Below are positions 39,696 through 53,689 of a stretch of DNA of 64,000 bases, piece by piece (the stretch's first letter is position 1; every line of letters begins with the position of its first letter). The stretch comes from Mobula hypostoma (taxonomy: Eukaryota): assembly GCF_963921235.1 (NCBI RefSeq), contig NC_086097.1, positions 76,696,001 to 76,760,000 on the forward strand, read 5' to 3'. Made by a program: the position numbers and the translations under genes. A model generated the notes under the pieces. That model searched no databases, had not been told where the DNA came from, and saw nothing but the letters and a program-made list of their open reading frames with translations.

Positions 39696-40285
39696 TGTGT
39701 TGCACGGAGCGACTGGGAGCAGACCCAAGGACAGGACACAGACACAGGGGTAGAATTAACAGAGGTGTATTTATTGATAGTTACTAAGAAGGCCAGGGAG
39801 CAAGGATAAAAAGCCAACATGGACATGAACGTTAGATAACAAACGGGTAAAACCTGGACTTGGACTCGGAGCCTTGGGACTTGGACTGGACCGGACTGCA
39901 ACACCGAGCCTAGACTTAGACTTGGACTCGTACGTGGAACCTGGACTATGAGTTGGACTCGGACACGGAATGACAAAGCAACGATAGTCCATTCGAGTAG
40001 CGGCAAACGGCGTGCCTACTCAGCTGGATACGAGATGACGAAATCCGAACCACGACAGTCCATTCGAATCTCGTCTCGGAGAAGCGGCCACTGGCCAGCA
40101 TATCTCAGCTGGCCATGGAAACGGCAGAATTCGTACCTTTGTCTCAGAGTGGCGACAAACGGCCGGCAACTCAGCTGGACACGAAAACAAACGAATCCAC
40201 AAAGCAACCCCGGGCACTGGAGCCGCTTAGAGTTCACAATGAACGGGGATGTGAATCGGGCACAACTGCACTTGCTCAGGTGACA
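39696..40285 (-). mobile_element. LTR-like CpG-rich insert with GGACT-type short repeats
   Basis: TG...TGACA ends; AATAAA on the minus strand near 39770; TSD not evident. Confidence 0.5.
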
Positions 40286-40534
40286 GTCCAGCACCAAGGA
40301 GCTGTAAGCCGGAGGTGTAAGCCATTAAGATCTCCTCCCATTCTTCCAAACTCCAGGGGCATAGATCCAGTCCATTTAATCTTTCCACATATTATAACCT
40401 CATCATAAGAGCAAAGTTCAATGGAAGAAGTAAAGGGGAAAAGGTAAAAATATAGGCATATGAGATTAAGAGTGCCTATTCAGTCCCTGGAGTTTCTCTG
40501 CCACATTGGGACGAGATGATAGCGTATTTATTAT

Positions 40535-40892
40535 AGGGTCATAGAGAGAAACAGCATGGAAACAAACTTTTCAACCCATCAAGTCCACACTAACCGTTAA
40601 CAGCTTATTTACACAAATGCCATATTATTCTTTTTCTCCCTATGTTCTCATAAACTCCCCCAGATTTTATCACTTACCTACATAGGAGGGGTAATTTACA
40701 GTGGCCAATTAACCTCTAAATTAATTAACCTGACACATGTTGCTGGGATGTGCAAAGAAACCAGATTACTCAGAGGAAACCCACATGATCCACAGAGAGA
40801 ATGTGCAAACTCTACACAGACAGCACCGGAAGGCAGGTTTGAATTTGAGTCTCTGGCTTAATGTGGCAACTGTTCTACTAGCTGCACCACTG
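40535..40892 (-). mobile_element. HE1/V-SINE-type tRNA-derived SINE
   Basis: gaggaaacccac...gagaatgtgcaaactctacacagacagcac V-domain-like motif; CR1-like tail. Confidence 0.7.
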
Positions 40893-41408
40893 TATTCAAC
40901 TCCTCCTCTCAGGCTGCATTCCATACCTGTGACATTAAAATTGGAACTAGCACAACACCCATTGTGCTTCAGGCTAAGAACTTCACATTCCCTGACCATT
41001 GTTTTGGGGGAAACATATTTCAGTTATCACTTGACCTTTGTATTCTAAAACTATGCTGTGTTGTTCCCAAATCCTTCACCAGAGAAAACGTATCAAAAAG
41101 ACTGTCTGCAGAACTGAAAACAAACCAAGTTCAGAAAGCTAACTCTCAGAATTTAACATTTTATGCCAGGTATTATTCTAGTAAACTTGCACCATACTCA
41201 AGGCTAAGACATGCACCTCAAGTTAATCATACCAGCTTTCTGCCATTTGACCAAGTAAATTCCTTCATTTTTCCACAGCTTCTGTAACTGTGATAGGGAT
41301 AAAAGGAAATTAATTCTCTCAAGGCACAATATTTCAAAATATTGTTGCTTATTAAAAGTGTGCTGCTATAACTATATTCCTGCCTGCTTTTCTCTTTCCC
41401 TCAATTAG

Positions 41409-41565
41409 TTGGAGTGGCAGTCATATTAAGTGGGGCCAGTCATTTCGCCTACGACACCTTACCACGGGCCTGTATCTGGGCTTAGTTCAAGACCAGGGCC
41501 TGGTGTTACTGGATCCCATTTATTCAGACACCAAAGCAACATCATTCTGTTTTAGATTGTCAAAG
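41409..41565 (+). CDS. RYR3: RYR3 exon 10 equivalent: [52 protein letters not shown]
   Basis: caattag| ... |gtatgt; 157 nt. Confidence 0.96.
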
Positions 41566-42481
41566 GTATGTTGATAGAAAAGACTTTCTGTTACATAGCA
41601 TTGAATATAATCATTGAGAAGTAAAGAAACTGTTACTGGTTTTATTCTCATGGATTTTTCATTATTGTTTCTCATATTAGGTGCCAATTTTATCTCCAGG
41701 CCTTTTTTTTTTGGTGAATGGATGATTGAGATGAGATAGAAATCCACTCTTCATTCCCCAAGTCTAATGCAGGGTATTTTAATTCCTTTTTTAAAATGAA
41801 CCTGCCCTGAAACCTGCAGAAAGTGGCCACTAACCTTACGCAAATCAGGTGGCCTGCAGCAAAGGGCAGGGAGTAGCTTGGATTGGGAAATTTATCCAAA
41901 CTTTTCATTTGGAAGTACGGGGTACAGGACCTCCTCCATTCACTGCCTACCTCAGCTAAGCGGTGAATCTACAGTGGTTCCTGCTCAGGCTACAGTTAGT
42001 TTTGCATTTGAAGCCCTGCAATGTCATTGTGCTTGTTTAGAGTAATGAGAACCAAATGGCCTTTGGGTGAGTAGCTTAGCTTTTCATAAAGATGCTGAAG
42101 TAGAATTCAAGGCAGCATATCGAAATGTTTCTCCGTTATGCATGTCCCCCAACCCATCCAAATTCCATTTTCAGCCAAGTACACGAGGTTACAATATTCC
42201 CATTTTTTTACCATTATCTATGAAAAAGGTCAGGAAGAGTGAAGGTCTGAAGATGCAGCAGACTGACCTTGCTCAAATTTGTAGAGCTATTGTTTTTTCA
42301 GATAAGCAGAAATAATGAAAAGAAGCTTAAAATTAAGCTTTGTGAGGGTAAGTTTAATTGGCACTTAAGCTTAGTGCTTGCATAGTATATTTGTGACATC
42401 TTGGATTTCGTGCCATGCATTAAAAGAATTGCATAAAACAATATTGAATATCTTTCTTTTCATTCTATGTAAATATCAAAG

Positions 42482-42646
42482 GACAAGTTGGATTTGCACC
42501 CAAAGCGAGATATAGAAGGTATGGGAGTCCCAGAAATCAAGTACGGTGATTCAGTTTGTATTATTCAGCATGTAGCCACTGGCCTCTGGTTAACATATCA
42601 TGCTCCAGATGCTAAATCAGCACGTCTGGGACCTCTGAAGCGAAAG
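42482..42646 (+). CDS. RYR3: RYR3 exon 11 equivalent: [55 protein letters not shown]
   Basis: atcaaag| ... |gtgagt; 165 nt. Confidence 0.94.
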
Positions 42647-42869
42647 GTGAGTACACAGCTAGTATGACAGTAGTAATTTATAATGTAGTTCTCGTGTAGT
42701 TCATAAGGAATAGCCTAATACATGATGCATAACTTGTTAAAGCAATAAACATGATTCAAAGATAAATATCCACTCTTTGCTAGTGCTGATGATAGAGATA
42801 AACAATAGTAGTGGTTCCACGTTTTCAGCAAAGCACTCTTCCATTGTTTAAATCTGAATTAGTAATACT

Positions 42870-44230
42870 CCAACTTTCACCCTGCCCTCAAGTTCACCTG
42901 GTCCATTTGAAACACTTCCCTTCCCTTTCTCGATCTCACTGTCTTTATCTCCAGTGTCAGCTTATCCGCCGATGTCTATTATAAATCAACGGACTCTCAC
43001 AGCTACCTGGACTATACCTCATCCCACTCTGCTGCTTGTAAAAACACCATCCCCTTCTCACAATTCCTCCGTCTCTGCCGCATCTGCTCTCAGGATGAGG
43101 CTTTTCATTCTAAACCGAAGGAGATGTCCTCCTTTTTCAAAGAAAGGGGCTTCCCTTCCTCCACCATCAACGCCGCCCTGAATCGTATCTCTTCCATTTC
43201 ATGTACGTCTGCTCTTACCCCATCCTCCCACCTCGCTACCAGGGATAGGGTTCCTCCAGTCCTCACCTACCACCCCACCAGCCTGCAGATCCAGCACATA
43301 ATTCTCTGAAACTTCCACCACCTCCAACTGGATCCCACCACCATACACATCTTTCCCTCCCTTTCTCTTTCTGCTTCCCACAGGGATTGCTCCCTACATG
43401 ACTCCCTTGTTCATTTGTCCTTCCCCACTGATCTCCATCAAGGCAGGTGGAGCAAGTGCTACGCCTGCCCCTACACCTCCTCCCTCACTACCATTCAGGG
43501 CTCCAAACAGTCCTTCAGGTGAGACAGCACTTCACCTGTGAGTCTGTTGGGGTCATATACTGTGGTTGGTGCTCCCGGTGTGGCCTCCTGTATATCGGCG
43601 AGACCCAACGTAGATTAGGAAACCGCTTCGCTGAGCATCTATGCTCCGTCTGCCAGAAGAAGTGGGATCTCCCAGTGGCCACACATTTTAATTCCACTTC
43701 CCATTCCCATTCCGATATGTCCATCCATGGCCTCCTCCACTGTTGTAATAAGGCCACACTTAGGTTGGAGGAACACACCTTGTATTCTGTTTAGGCAGAC
43801 TCCAACCTGATGGCATGAACATCGATCTCTCAGACTAACAGTAATATCTCCCATCCCCCCTCTTCACCACTTCCCATCCCCTTTTCCCTCTCTTATGTTA
43901 TCTCCCTGCCTGCCCATCGCCTCCCTCTGGTGCTCCTCCTGCCCCCCTTTTTTCTTTCTTCCATGGCCTTCTGTCTCTTTCACCAATCAACTTCCTAGCT
44001 CTTTGCTTCATTCCTCCCCCTCCCAGTTTCACCTATCGCCTGGTGGTTCTCTGTCCCTTCCCCCCACCTTTCAAATCTACTGCTCAGCTTTCTTTCTCCG
44101 GTCCTGCCGAGGGGTTTCGGCCCGAAATGTCAACTGTGCTTTTTTCTATAGATGCAGCCTGGCCTGTTAAGTTCTTCCAGCATTTTGTGTGTTGCTCAGA
44201 TTTCCAGCATCTGCAGATTTTCTCTTGTTA
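42870..44230 (+). mobile_element. Penelope-like element (RT C-terminus, GIY-YIG, decayed hammerhead)
   Basis: MSSFFKERGFP, GVIYCGWCSRCGLLYIGETQRRLGNRFAEHL. Confidence 0.9.
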
Positions 44231-44551
44231 GTAATACATTTTTCCACTAAGTGTACAATTCATTCATTGTCATTGGTATCTTCTTGCAAGCTGATTTAAA
44301 AAGAAATAAGTGTGCAGATGATGCTTTCTGACTTGATAGGGAGTTCTCTTTAAAATTATACCAATTATGTGGACCAGAGAAACTCAGGAAAAACACACTC
44401 CCTTTCTTCAGCTTGGCATGGATCTCAGTGCCAGTTGGTCTGTTAATTTCTGAGTTCGTTTCCAGGAATTTGTATTGTATTCATGTTTTCATTTACTCAC
44501 ATGGAAAAATGTTGGCCAAGCTTGTATTCAGAGAAAGTTTCTTGGTTTCAG

Positions 44552-44673
44552 GTAATACTACACCAAGAAGGACATATGGATGATGGTCTAATTTTGCAAC
44601 GTTGTCAAAGTGAAGAGTCACGAGCAGCTCGAATTATCCGAAAAACAACCATCTTATTTAATCAATTTATCAG
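44552..44673 (+). CDS. RYR3: RYR3 exon 12 equivalent: [40 protein letters not shown](R)
   Basis: gtttcag| ... |gtactt; 122 nt. Confidence 0.96.
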
Positions 44674-46419
44674 GTACTTCGGAGATAATATATCTTCTAT
44701 GCTATATTTTCGCTTGCTGAAATAGATTATTTATTACTCTCCACCTTTCAAAATGCTTACATCTCAAAACTGAACTTATATTTCTATCCCTGAGTCATCA
44801 AGTTAGCAAGGTAACTCATATTCAATATCTTCTATTGTTGCCATGGTTTTCACATAACTATAAATGTCTGTGAAAGTGGGTGCCAATCAATGGTTTAAAT
44901 GGACATTAACTACTACTTTTTGTCAACCAAAGCTGATTTTATTCTCCTCTACTTTGACTTGTTATCAGTTAGATACCAGTGCAGTTTGTTTTATTACAAT
45001 TAAAGCAATGCGTCTTCATATGTTGCTCTGTTGGTTAAATATTTATGGTCAGCAGCAAAGGAGTGGTGTTTGTTTTTGTTGTCCCAGAGAAAAATGTTCT
45101 CTACAAACTTCCAGAGGACTATAGAATGGATGTTTCCTTTATTCTACACCAGTTTGATTTTGGTGAGTAACAGGCGGTCTTTGGCATCCAGCAACAGGCA
45201 ATGGATTCTGCAAGGCAAATAGAAAAGCTTTGGATAAGGAAGAAATGTGAATATCACACCAAAAGATCTCAAAACAAAAACAACCAAGTTATGAATGTCC
45301 TTCTGAGGAAATGGAACCTTCATTTTTAAGATTGTTTATTTCAGGATCAGAGAGGTTATTCTGCAGTAATTAAAGTTTGGTATGTGGTTTAATTTCAGTC
45401 ACTCCTGACTGAGCAAGACATAATTTCTTCATTGTTCCTTATCGTGCGAATTTACTTGAAGTTCTTGAAAAATTCATTTTTTGTTTTGATCGTCTGTGCA
45501 AGGAGGGACAGAATATCACCAACAGTAACTTTTTGCGTTTGCACATATAACTTTGCTGTTGCAGACATCAAGATTTCTATATAAAATGCTATCCTTCTTA
45601 GCTGCATGCAGCATCTTTTTGGGATAATTTGCAGAAATATGATCAGTTTCTGTGTATTCGCTGATGTTGACTGGCTCCATCTCTCCGAAGCTTTCCAACA
45701 CCCATTCACTATAGACTTTTGGGCTGACTGATATTCTGCCATAAATTTGTGAAAATTTCCAGTTGATTATTAGGAAGACTAATCACAAACTACATTTGTT
45801 ATTAATCGTTTCCATTTATCTTTTCAAGCTAATGATAAGAACACAATCAACTCATATTAAATCCATTTATTTCTTTTAACCTAACATACTGTAGCTCCAT
45901 TGTCAGGATTAACTGTTCTACTTGCACGACATATTCCACCTCATTAGTATTCCCACCATAATACTGCTAGAATGCTTAGCCCTAATTTTTGCCGTTTCTA
46001 AGTATGTCTTCCATAGTTTTCTCCTGGTCTCTTTTCCCATAAACTTCAATCTGAAATGTGCAATTAAATATTATTTATTTGATTTATTTGTACTTCCTTT
46101 AAGGGTTCATCTTTCTTGTGATCTTTCCCTGTGGCATGTCCCTTTCCACATTTTGCAGTCTCCAACAGCCTTGTAATTTTTGTCAACCCTTCCTCTCTGA
46201 TTCCCCCTCACTTGCTCCTTTCTTCCCCTTTGATGGCACAAATACTTTGCATTCTTTGACTCTCCTTTGATCCTCTGGACAGCCATTAAAGCCTCCATCT
46301 CACTCAAACCCTTCATTGCTCCTCACAACTGTCCATGCTAGCTGGACTTCATTTTTTCACTTTGCAGATGCTTTGTGATGTTTTAAGTTGCTTTGTTGAA
46401 TGAAGTAAGTTATTTACAC

Positions 46420-46590
46420 AAAAGTGAAAATGCTGGATATACTCATCAGGGAGCATCTATGGAAAGAGAATATGATGAAAAGTAATTAACTTGAGACAGT
46501 AATTGACTGTTTCTGTCTTCGTGCACTATCATGTTGAGTATTTCTGGCATTTTTATTTCAGATTTGCAGCAACTGCAGTATCTTGCTTTA
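46420..46590. repeat. Degenerate inverted Penelope-tail remnant
   Basis: aaaatgctggatatactca ... tgagtatttctggcatttt. Confidence 0.5.
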
Positions 46591-46672
46591 GCATTTTATG
46601 TTATTTTATGTCATCCATTGGATGGACTGTGTTTTAAATCACTTAAGAAATGACTCACAGACATTTCTGCAG

Positions 46673-46847
46673 GGGTCTTGATTGTCTTGGAAAAAGTGGA
46701 CCTGTCAAATTACCAATAAAAGAAGTTCAGGAAGCCTTGCAAGACCTTATCATTTACTTCCATCCGCCAGAGGAGGAATTAAAACACGAAGACAAACAGT
46801 ACAAATTACGTTCTCTCAGAAACAGGCAGAACTTATTTAAAGAAGAG
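46673..46847 (+). CDS. RYR3: RYR3 exon 13 equivalent: [58 protein letters not shown]
   Basis: tctgcag| ... |gtaaga; 175 nt; restores phase 0. Confidence 0.94.
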
Positions 46848-47309
46848 GTAAGAAATAGTAACAATGTTGTATTATTCTTCCACATTTTTGGTCTACATTT
46901 GCCATTCCAAATTTTTTTTAAAGTCAAAACATTGGCATCTAAATCTTTGTGCATCAGATATTACATAGTACAAATGTTAGCCAGCTTGGTCTGCCTAACA
47001 GAAGGTTGTTTGAATATGAGCCTGTTACAAACAGTGTTTCATTGGATAATTACAACAAGGTGGAATACTTCTCTATATAGACAGATGTATTTGAATGACA
47101 GTCAAATGATGTAACTGCACTGTATATAGTCAGACCAGTCTTTCATAGAAGCTGGAACTCTCCATTTATAGATAGTGTGAGTGCTTGGCCTTTGTAAGTG
47201 AACTTTTCCATTTTGATATTTGTCACTGAGCCCAAATGTTTTTGTTGCATCACCACAGATTGGTGACTTATTTAAGGTCCAAGGACCTATATGGGGAGCA
47301 AGAAAAATG

Positions 47310-47650
47310 TTTCACACTTTATACGCACGTCAGGAGGCAGGTCTGCATGAATTTCAGAAGAGAGATACCGATTGAGACTTCAGTAGACAGACGGAGGCAG
47401 TAGCCATCACCATATTTGTGAGCCTCTGTGAACAGCCACATGATAATGACAATGGTGTGACCTGTGGAGAGCACACCAGCAGCATTGCAGCAGGTAATCT
47501 TGCAGACATGAGCACAGAGTGAATTCTGACCAAACTCCAAACAAAGGATCTGAATAGAGGCTTCGCCGTTCTCAGAGAAGTAAAGGGCAACTATAATGGA
47601 AGTAATGAGATAAGAAAGCTTCAGACAATGGGAACTCTGCTTCAGACAAA
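47310..47650 (-). mobile_element. Rex1/L2-group endonuclease-region fragment
   Basis: Weak similarity to the endonuclease-like region at 49680-49900. Confidence 0.4.
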
Positions 47651-49020
47651 GGAAACACACAAAATGCTGGAGGAATTCCACAGGTCAGGCAGAATCTATG
47701 GAAATGAATAAACAGTCAACATTTCGGGCTGAGACTGGAAATGAAGGGGGAAGGCACCAGAATAAAAAGGTGGGGTGAGGGGAAGGAGGAGGCTAGAAGG
47801 TGATAGATGAAGCCACGAGGGTAAGAAAAGTAAAGGGTTGGAGAGAAAGGAATCTGATAGAAGAGGAGAATGGACCAATGGAGAAAGGAAGGAGGAGGGG
47901 ACTCAGGGGGAGCTGACAAACAGGTGAGAAGAGTGGGGAAAAGAAGAAAAAGGAAGAGGGGAGGAACTTTTTTTATCACAAGGAGAAATCGATATTCACG
48001 CCAGCAGGTTGGATGCTACCGAAATGGAATATGAGGTGTTGCTCCTCCACCCTGAGGGTGGCCTCATCATGGCACAAGAGGATGCCATGGATTGACATGA
48101 CGAAAATGGGAATGGGAATTAAAATGTTTGGCCACCAGGAAATTCCACTTGTGGTGGATGAAGAAGAGGTGCCTGACAATTTATAACAGGTCTCACCAAC
48201 GTAGAGGAGGCTGTGTTGAGAGCACCAGACATAATAGATGACCCCAGTAAATTTGCAGGTTAAGTGTTGCCTCATCTGGAAGGATTGTTTAGGGCCCTGA
48301 ATGGAGGTGGGGGAGGAGGTGAATGGGCAGGTGTAGCACTTTAGCTGCTTGCAGGGATAAATGCCAGGAGGGAGATTAGTGGGGAGGGACAAAAAGAAAG
48401 ATTAAGAAATGGGAAGGAAGTGTCTTAAATGAATCAGGTGAATTTAAGGACAGGGTGGAAACCGAAGACAAAGTTGATGAAATTGACGAGCTGAGCATGG
48501 GTGTATGGAGCAGCACCAATGCAATTGTCAATATAGTGGAGGAAGAGTTGGGGAGCATTACTAGGATAGGCTTGGAACATGGACTGTTCTTCATACTCAA
48601 CAAAAAGGTTAGCATCGCTGGGGCAGATGCAAGTGGCCATGTCTACCCCTTGAGTCTGGAGAAAGTGGGCAGAGCCAGAGGAATAATTGTTGATCATGAG
48701 GGCCAGTTCTCCCAGATAGAGGAGGGTGGTGGTGGAGGAGAACTGCTTGGTTCTTTTATTTAGAAAGAAGTCGGGGGCGGGGTTTAAGAACTTCTTGATG
48801 GGGGAATGGAAGGGTATAGGGACAGGACATCCATGGAGAAAATGAGGCATTCAGGGTCAGGGATTTGAAACTTAGTGAGGAGATTGAGTCCGTGAGAAGT
48901 GTCATGGATGTAGGTGGAAAGGGACTGAACCAAGGGGGATAGAATGGAGTTGAGGTATGAGGTATGAGTTTAGTGGGCAGTAGCAGGCAGAGAGAATGGG
49001 CCTGAGTTGGAGACTGCAAT
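47650..49020 (-). mobile_element. Penelope-like element, internally deleted
   Basis: QTQGVDMAT, LHYIDNCIG, RVEEQHLIFHFGSIQPAGVNIDFS. Confidence 0.88.
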
Positions 49021-49669
49021 CACTTAACTAAACAGGCACCTAAATGGAGGGCAAATATCTTAAAGGTGACATCATCAGTTTGGTGAGAATGGGATTTGGA
49101 GAAGGTGTCAAATTAGCTACTTCATCTCCTTGCACTGGATTTTCAACAGAGATTTTGTGTCCTAAGCTTCATACATGAAACAAATAGAGAAACTACTTCA
49201 GATCAATAGCATCATAGAAGCAGAAATAAATGAAGACAGCACAGAAAAACTCAAGATTATTCAAGAGAAAAGTGATCTTGTCAGTTGAACTTGACACAAT
49301 ACTATAATCTTGGGAAGTATACTCCATGTCCTTTGTCCTTTATAGAGATGCCAAAGAAAGAAGCACTTTAATCCTCCAATCTTAGAGATAATTAAAAGCT
49401 ACCAACTTGGAATGTGATTTCAAATACTTAATACATCCTTAAGGATGAGATTGTAGCATTCAAGAACTTTAATTTCATTAGAAATCTGGAGGATTTCTTA
49501 ACTGAGCTACTAAAGAAATTTTTGTATGAGGATTAGTTGATTACTCTGTGTGCCAGGGAAAGCCTGCCAAATACTGCCTTCAATGAGATGCCGGTGTTAA
49601 ATACAACTGAGTTACAAATAATTCTATTTGAATGGAAATGGGTGAATTAGAAAAGGAAATCATCATGGT

Positions 49670-52440
49670 GCACAGACATGGCGGTTCCACCTCAGATCTG
49701 CTCCCCCAAGCTGGAACATCTAATAATTGATTGTCTTCTATTTTATCTGCCAAGGAAGATTTCCACCGTCATCATGGTAGTGGTGTATATTCCACCCCTG
49801 GTCAACATGATGCAAGCATTGGAGGAGCTGAGCACTGTGAACAGTAGTCAAAAAACAGTGCCCTCTGATGTCTTCCCTATCACTGTGAGGGATTTCAACC
49901 AGGCCAGATTGAAGAAGTCTCTGAGCAGCTGCCACCAGCATTTCACCCATGGAACCAGAGGAGCCTACACACTTGACCATTGCTGCATCACTATCAAGTA
50001 TGTTTACCATGCCACCCCACACCCAAAGTCTGGCAAGTCTGATCACCTGTCTGTACTCCTCCTCCCAGCATATAGGCGGCGACTGAGGACCTCACCTCAG
50101 ACCAATGGCGAGGACCGCGAAAGCATGGTCAAAGGAGGTGGAGTAGCACTTGCAGGACTGCTTTGAATCAGTACACTGGACACTATTCAGGGACTCATCT
50201 TCGAATCTGAATGAATATGCAACAATTGTCACTGACTTCAAGACCTAGGTATGTGCCTTCGAGAACGCACTGAACATACCCAAGCCAGAAGCCGTGGATG
50301 AACCAGCAGTCTTTGGAGGGCTAGATCCGTGGTATTCATGACCTTTCGAATGACGAAACAATTCTGATTGAAGTTAGAGATGGAATCAGATGCACAACCA
50401 CATCTGTATGAATCCCTGCAGCATCTGGCAACACTGTGATCTGTCTCGGAGGCTGATGTCAAATATCTTTCAAGAGGGTAAGGCATCAAGTTACGATGTT
50501 GTACCTGGTAGGGTACTCAAAAGTTGTGCAAACCAACACATCTTCAAACTCTCACTGTTCTGGCTGGAGCTTAAAATACATTAAAACTTTATGTATCCTG
50601 AAGGAGATTATTGTTGCGAGCTTGCTTAGTCAGATATATATCCTTCGAAATACCAAATGTAAACATTGAGTATGAAAAAAATACAAGGTGTGCATTAAAA
50701 TGTAATATTGCAAAATACAGATATGCAATGAAACCATATACTTATATATTTAAGGAGGAGTTGTAAAGTCTTATAGTCACAGCGCGAAAGTGATGTATCT
50801 TGGTGGAATCAGTCTATTACTTAAGGTGCCCCTCTGTTTGCCCAGTATGTCATGGAGGTGGTGAGAGGGATTGTCCATAATGCTTCGTAGCTTCCGTGGA
50901 ATAGAATGCTAGCCTCCACTGAGTCAAAGAACATCTGCAGCTTAGTACTACAGACGTTGAATGACCTGAGCCTCCTCAGGAAGTACAGTCAGTTTTGTCT
51001 CTTCTTGTACAGAGCCTCTTTATTTTCAGTCCAGTCCAGTCCAGTCCAGGTGATTTCCCAGGTGTTTGTAGTCCTGGACAGCTTCCACATCCATTCCCTT
51101 GATGGTTCCCACTTGCTTCAAAAGGACAACAATCATACAGGTGCCCAAGAAAAGCAGAGTGAGTTTCCTCAAAGACCATCACCCAGCTGCACTCACATCT
51201 GCTGTGCTGAAGTGCTTTGAGAGATTGGTCATAGCTAGAATTAATTCCTGCCTAAGCAAGAACATGAACCCACTACAATTTGCCTATCGGTCTACAGAGG
51301 GTGCTATCTCAATGTCTCTCCACTTGCCCTTAGATCACGGGGTCAATAGTAATACCTATGTCAGGCTGCTGTTTATTGTTCAGTATTCAACACTACCATC
51401 CCTTTACTACTACTCAATAAGCTTCAAAACCTGGGCCTCTGTACCTCCCTTGGCAAATGGATCCTTAACTTCCTCACCAGGACACCACAGTCAGTGCACA
51501 TCAGAAATACGTCTCCTCCTCCTCCTCCTCCTTGCTGACAGTCAACACCAGTTGTGTGCTTAGCTCACTGCTCAACTTTCTCTACAACCACTCCTGTGCA
51601 GCTAGGCACAGCTCAAACAGCATCCATAAATTTGCCGATGGCATAGCTGTTGTTGTCAGGATCTCAAATATTGATGAGGAGGTGTACGGGAGTAAGATAA
51701 ATCAGTTGGTTGAGTGGTATTGCAACAACAACCTTGCACTCAACGTCAATAAGATTGTGAAACACGGGAAGGGGTTGTCAAGGAAACAATCACCAGTCCT
51801 CATTGAGGGATCAGCAGTGAAAAGATTGAGAAGTTTAAGGTCCTGTGTGTCAACATTGCTGAAGACCTATCCTCGGCCCAACATATTGATGCAATTACAA
51901 AGGGAGCGCAATGGTTATATTTCATCATGAGTTTGAGGAGACTTGGTAAGTCGCCAAAGGCTATAAAATTTCTATAGACGTACTGTGAAGAGCATTCCAA
52001 TTGGTTGCATCACTGTCTGGAGTGAAGGCACCACTGCACAGTGTCAGAAAAAGTTGCAAAGCATTGCAGACTCAGCCAACTTCATCATCGATACTATTCT
52101 CCCCAGCATCGAGGACACCTTCAAACAAAAGCAGCTTCCATCATTAAAGGGCTGCCTTCATCCAGGACGTGCTCTCTTCTTATTACTACCATCAGAGAAA
52201 AGCTACTGGAACCTGAAACCACACGTTCAACATTTGAAGAACAGCTCCATCCCATTCTGAACCAAAAATGAACCAGCCCATGAAAGCTACCTCATTACTT
52301 TTGGTCTCTTTTGCATTACTTATTTAATATAATTTTTAAATGTTTTTACTATAATTTATTGTATTGTTATGTGTTGTACTATACTGCCACAAAACAACAA
52401 ATTTCATGACATAGGTCAATGGTATTAACCTGACATACTG
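49670..52440 (+). mobile_element. Rex1/Babar-like LINE (endonuclease and RT, decayed), interrupted at about 50573-51100 by a minus-strand Rex-like 3' fragment
   Basis: FYLPR, VYIPP, DFNQA, TLDHC, GKSDH, KCFERLV, NPLQFAYR, KFADG. Confidence 0.85.
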
Positions 52441-53689
52441 GTTCAGAGAATAGACGTTGTGGTCAAGAGGAATGAAAGGAATTGGACCACAGTGATTACG
52501 ATACCAAAAGGAGATAAAAGAGTAATGATTACAAGATCATAGTAAATTAAGCTGTTCAGTACCAACATTGCAAGATCTAACTGGGACAAATATGTTCACA
52601 CACTTGGAATGTTCTCATATATATGCTCACTCAAAATTAACCAGGATAGTCAAAACTATTAAGGGACTGTATTCTTACATTAAGCTCGTTTATGATCTGT
52701 CATCTCAAAGTTTTCCAAGGCACTATGAATCAAATTTTACTCAGAATAAACCATTGACCTATAATCAGTATGGCATTTTGATGGCTATGCTTACTAAAGA
52801 GGGAAATTGTCAATTTTTACGAGGTGTGCTGGAGTGATCACATCAAAGTTGAAATGAAGCCGAAGTACTTTTGTGTAACATGAAGAGGTATATGTGGGTT
52901 GAAGAGTGCAAGCACATGGTTTTATAGAGAAGTAACAAGACACTATTAAGGCTCCAAGAACTCAGAATGATGCAACATTGCACACATTTTCTAATAAAGG
53001 TGACAAAATAGTGTTACTACCACCTGCTCATTTATTGAAGAAAGACGTGTAGTAGATGTGATATAAAAAGCAACAACATTTCTATTATACATGAAAGACA
53101 CAACTAGATGGTGGAATTCTGCTTGTTCAAAATTGTACTTTTAAGTTGGTCTGTAATGCTTCAGGCTATGACACAGAGGCAGGCAGGCAGGCAAATGTGT
53201 CCTTTGTTGATACAAAGGACACATTTTGCTCTATGTTTCAATATTTTGACGTACACGTGACAGATAAAGCTAATCATTCCATTTTTCTTTCTTTGTACAT
53301 AGGCAAAGAGAGTCTTTTAGTGAGTGCATATAATTACTATGGAAAGGGAAATAACAATATTTCCCCTTATTGTAATCACTTCCAATGTGTAGAGTTTTCA
53401 AGATCAGTTGCACAACATACTTAAACTGCAGAAAATATCTGAAAAGATGCTCCCTCTACAATAGAATTATAATAGTCTTAAATATTGACATTAGTGGTAT
53501 AATTATTCCCCTCTTGAGTGGCAATATGTTATTGATCAACTATTTTGCGGAAAGAATGTAATTATTATGCATAATGTCGTGTGGATTTTACTCAGATATT
53601 AGAAATAGCTTTCACAATGTGAGAAAAATAATCACACATTCACTTCTGTTATTTCTTGGTTGTCTTCTTCCATCTTTCAATTACATCAG

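Noticed and set aside
39843..39965. Short repeated GGACT units resembling an array
   Set aside because: Irregular low-complexity repeats within an LTR-like element; no repeat-spacer structure, and the DNA is eukaryotic.
39344..40006. 220-aa minus-strand ORF, the longest in the track
   Set aside because: Spans an LTR-like repeat and antisense Rex sequence; low complexity with no protein family signal.
46650..47114. 154-aa ORF as a stand-alone gene
   Set aside because: It is an RYR3 exon plus intron read-through; the same applies to the ORFs at 8998, 34465 and 44483.
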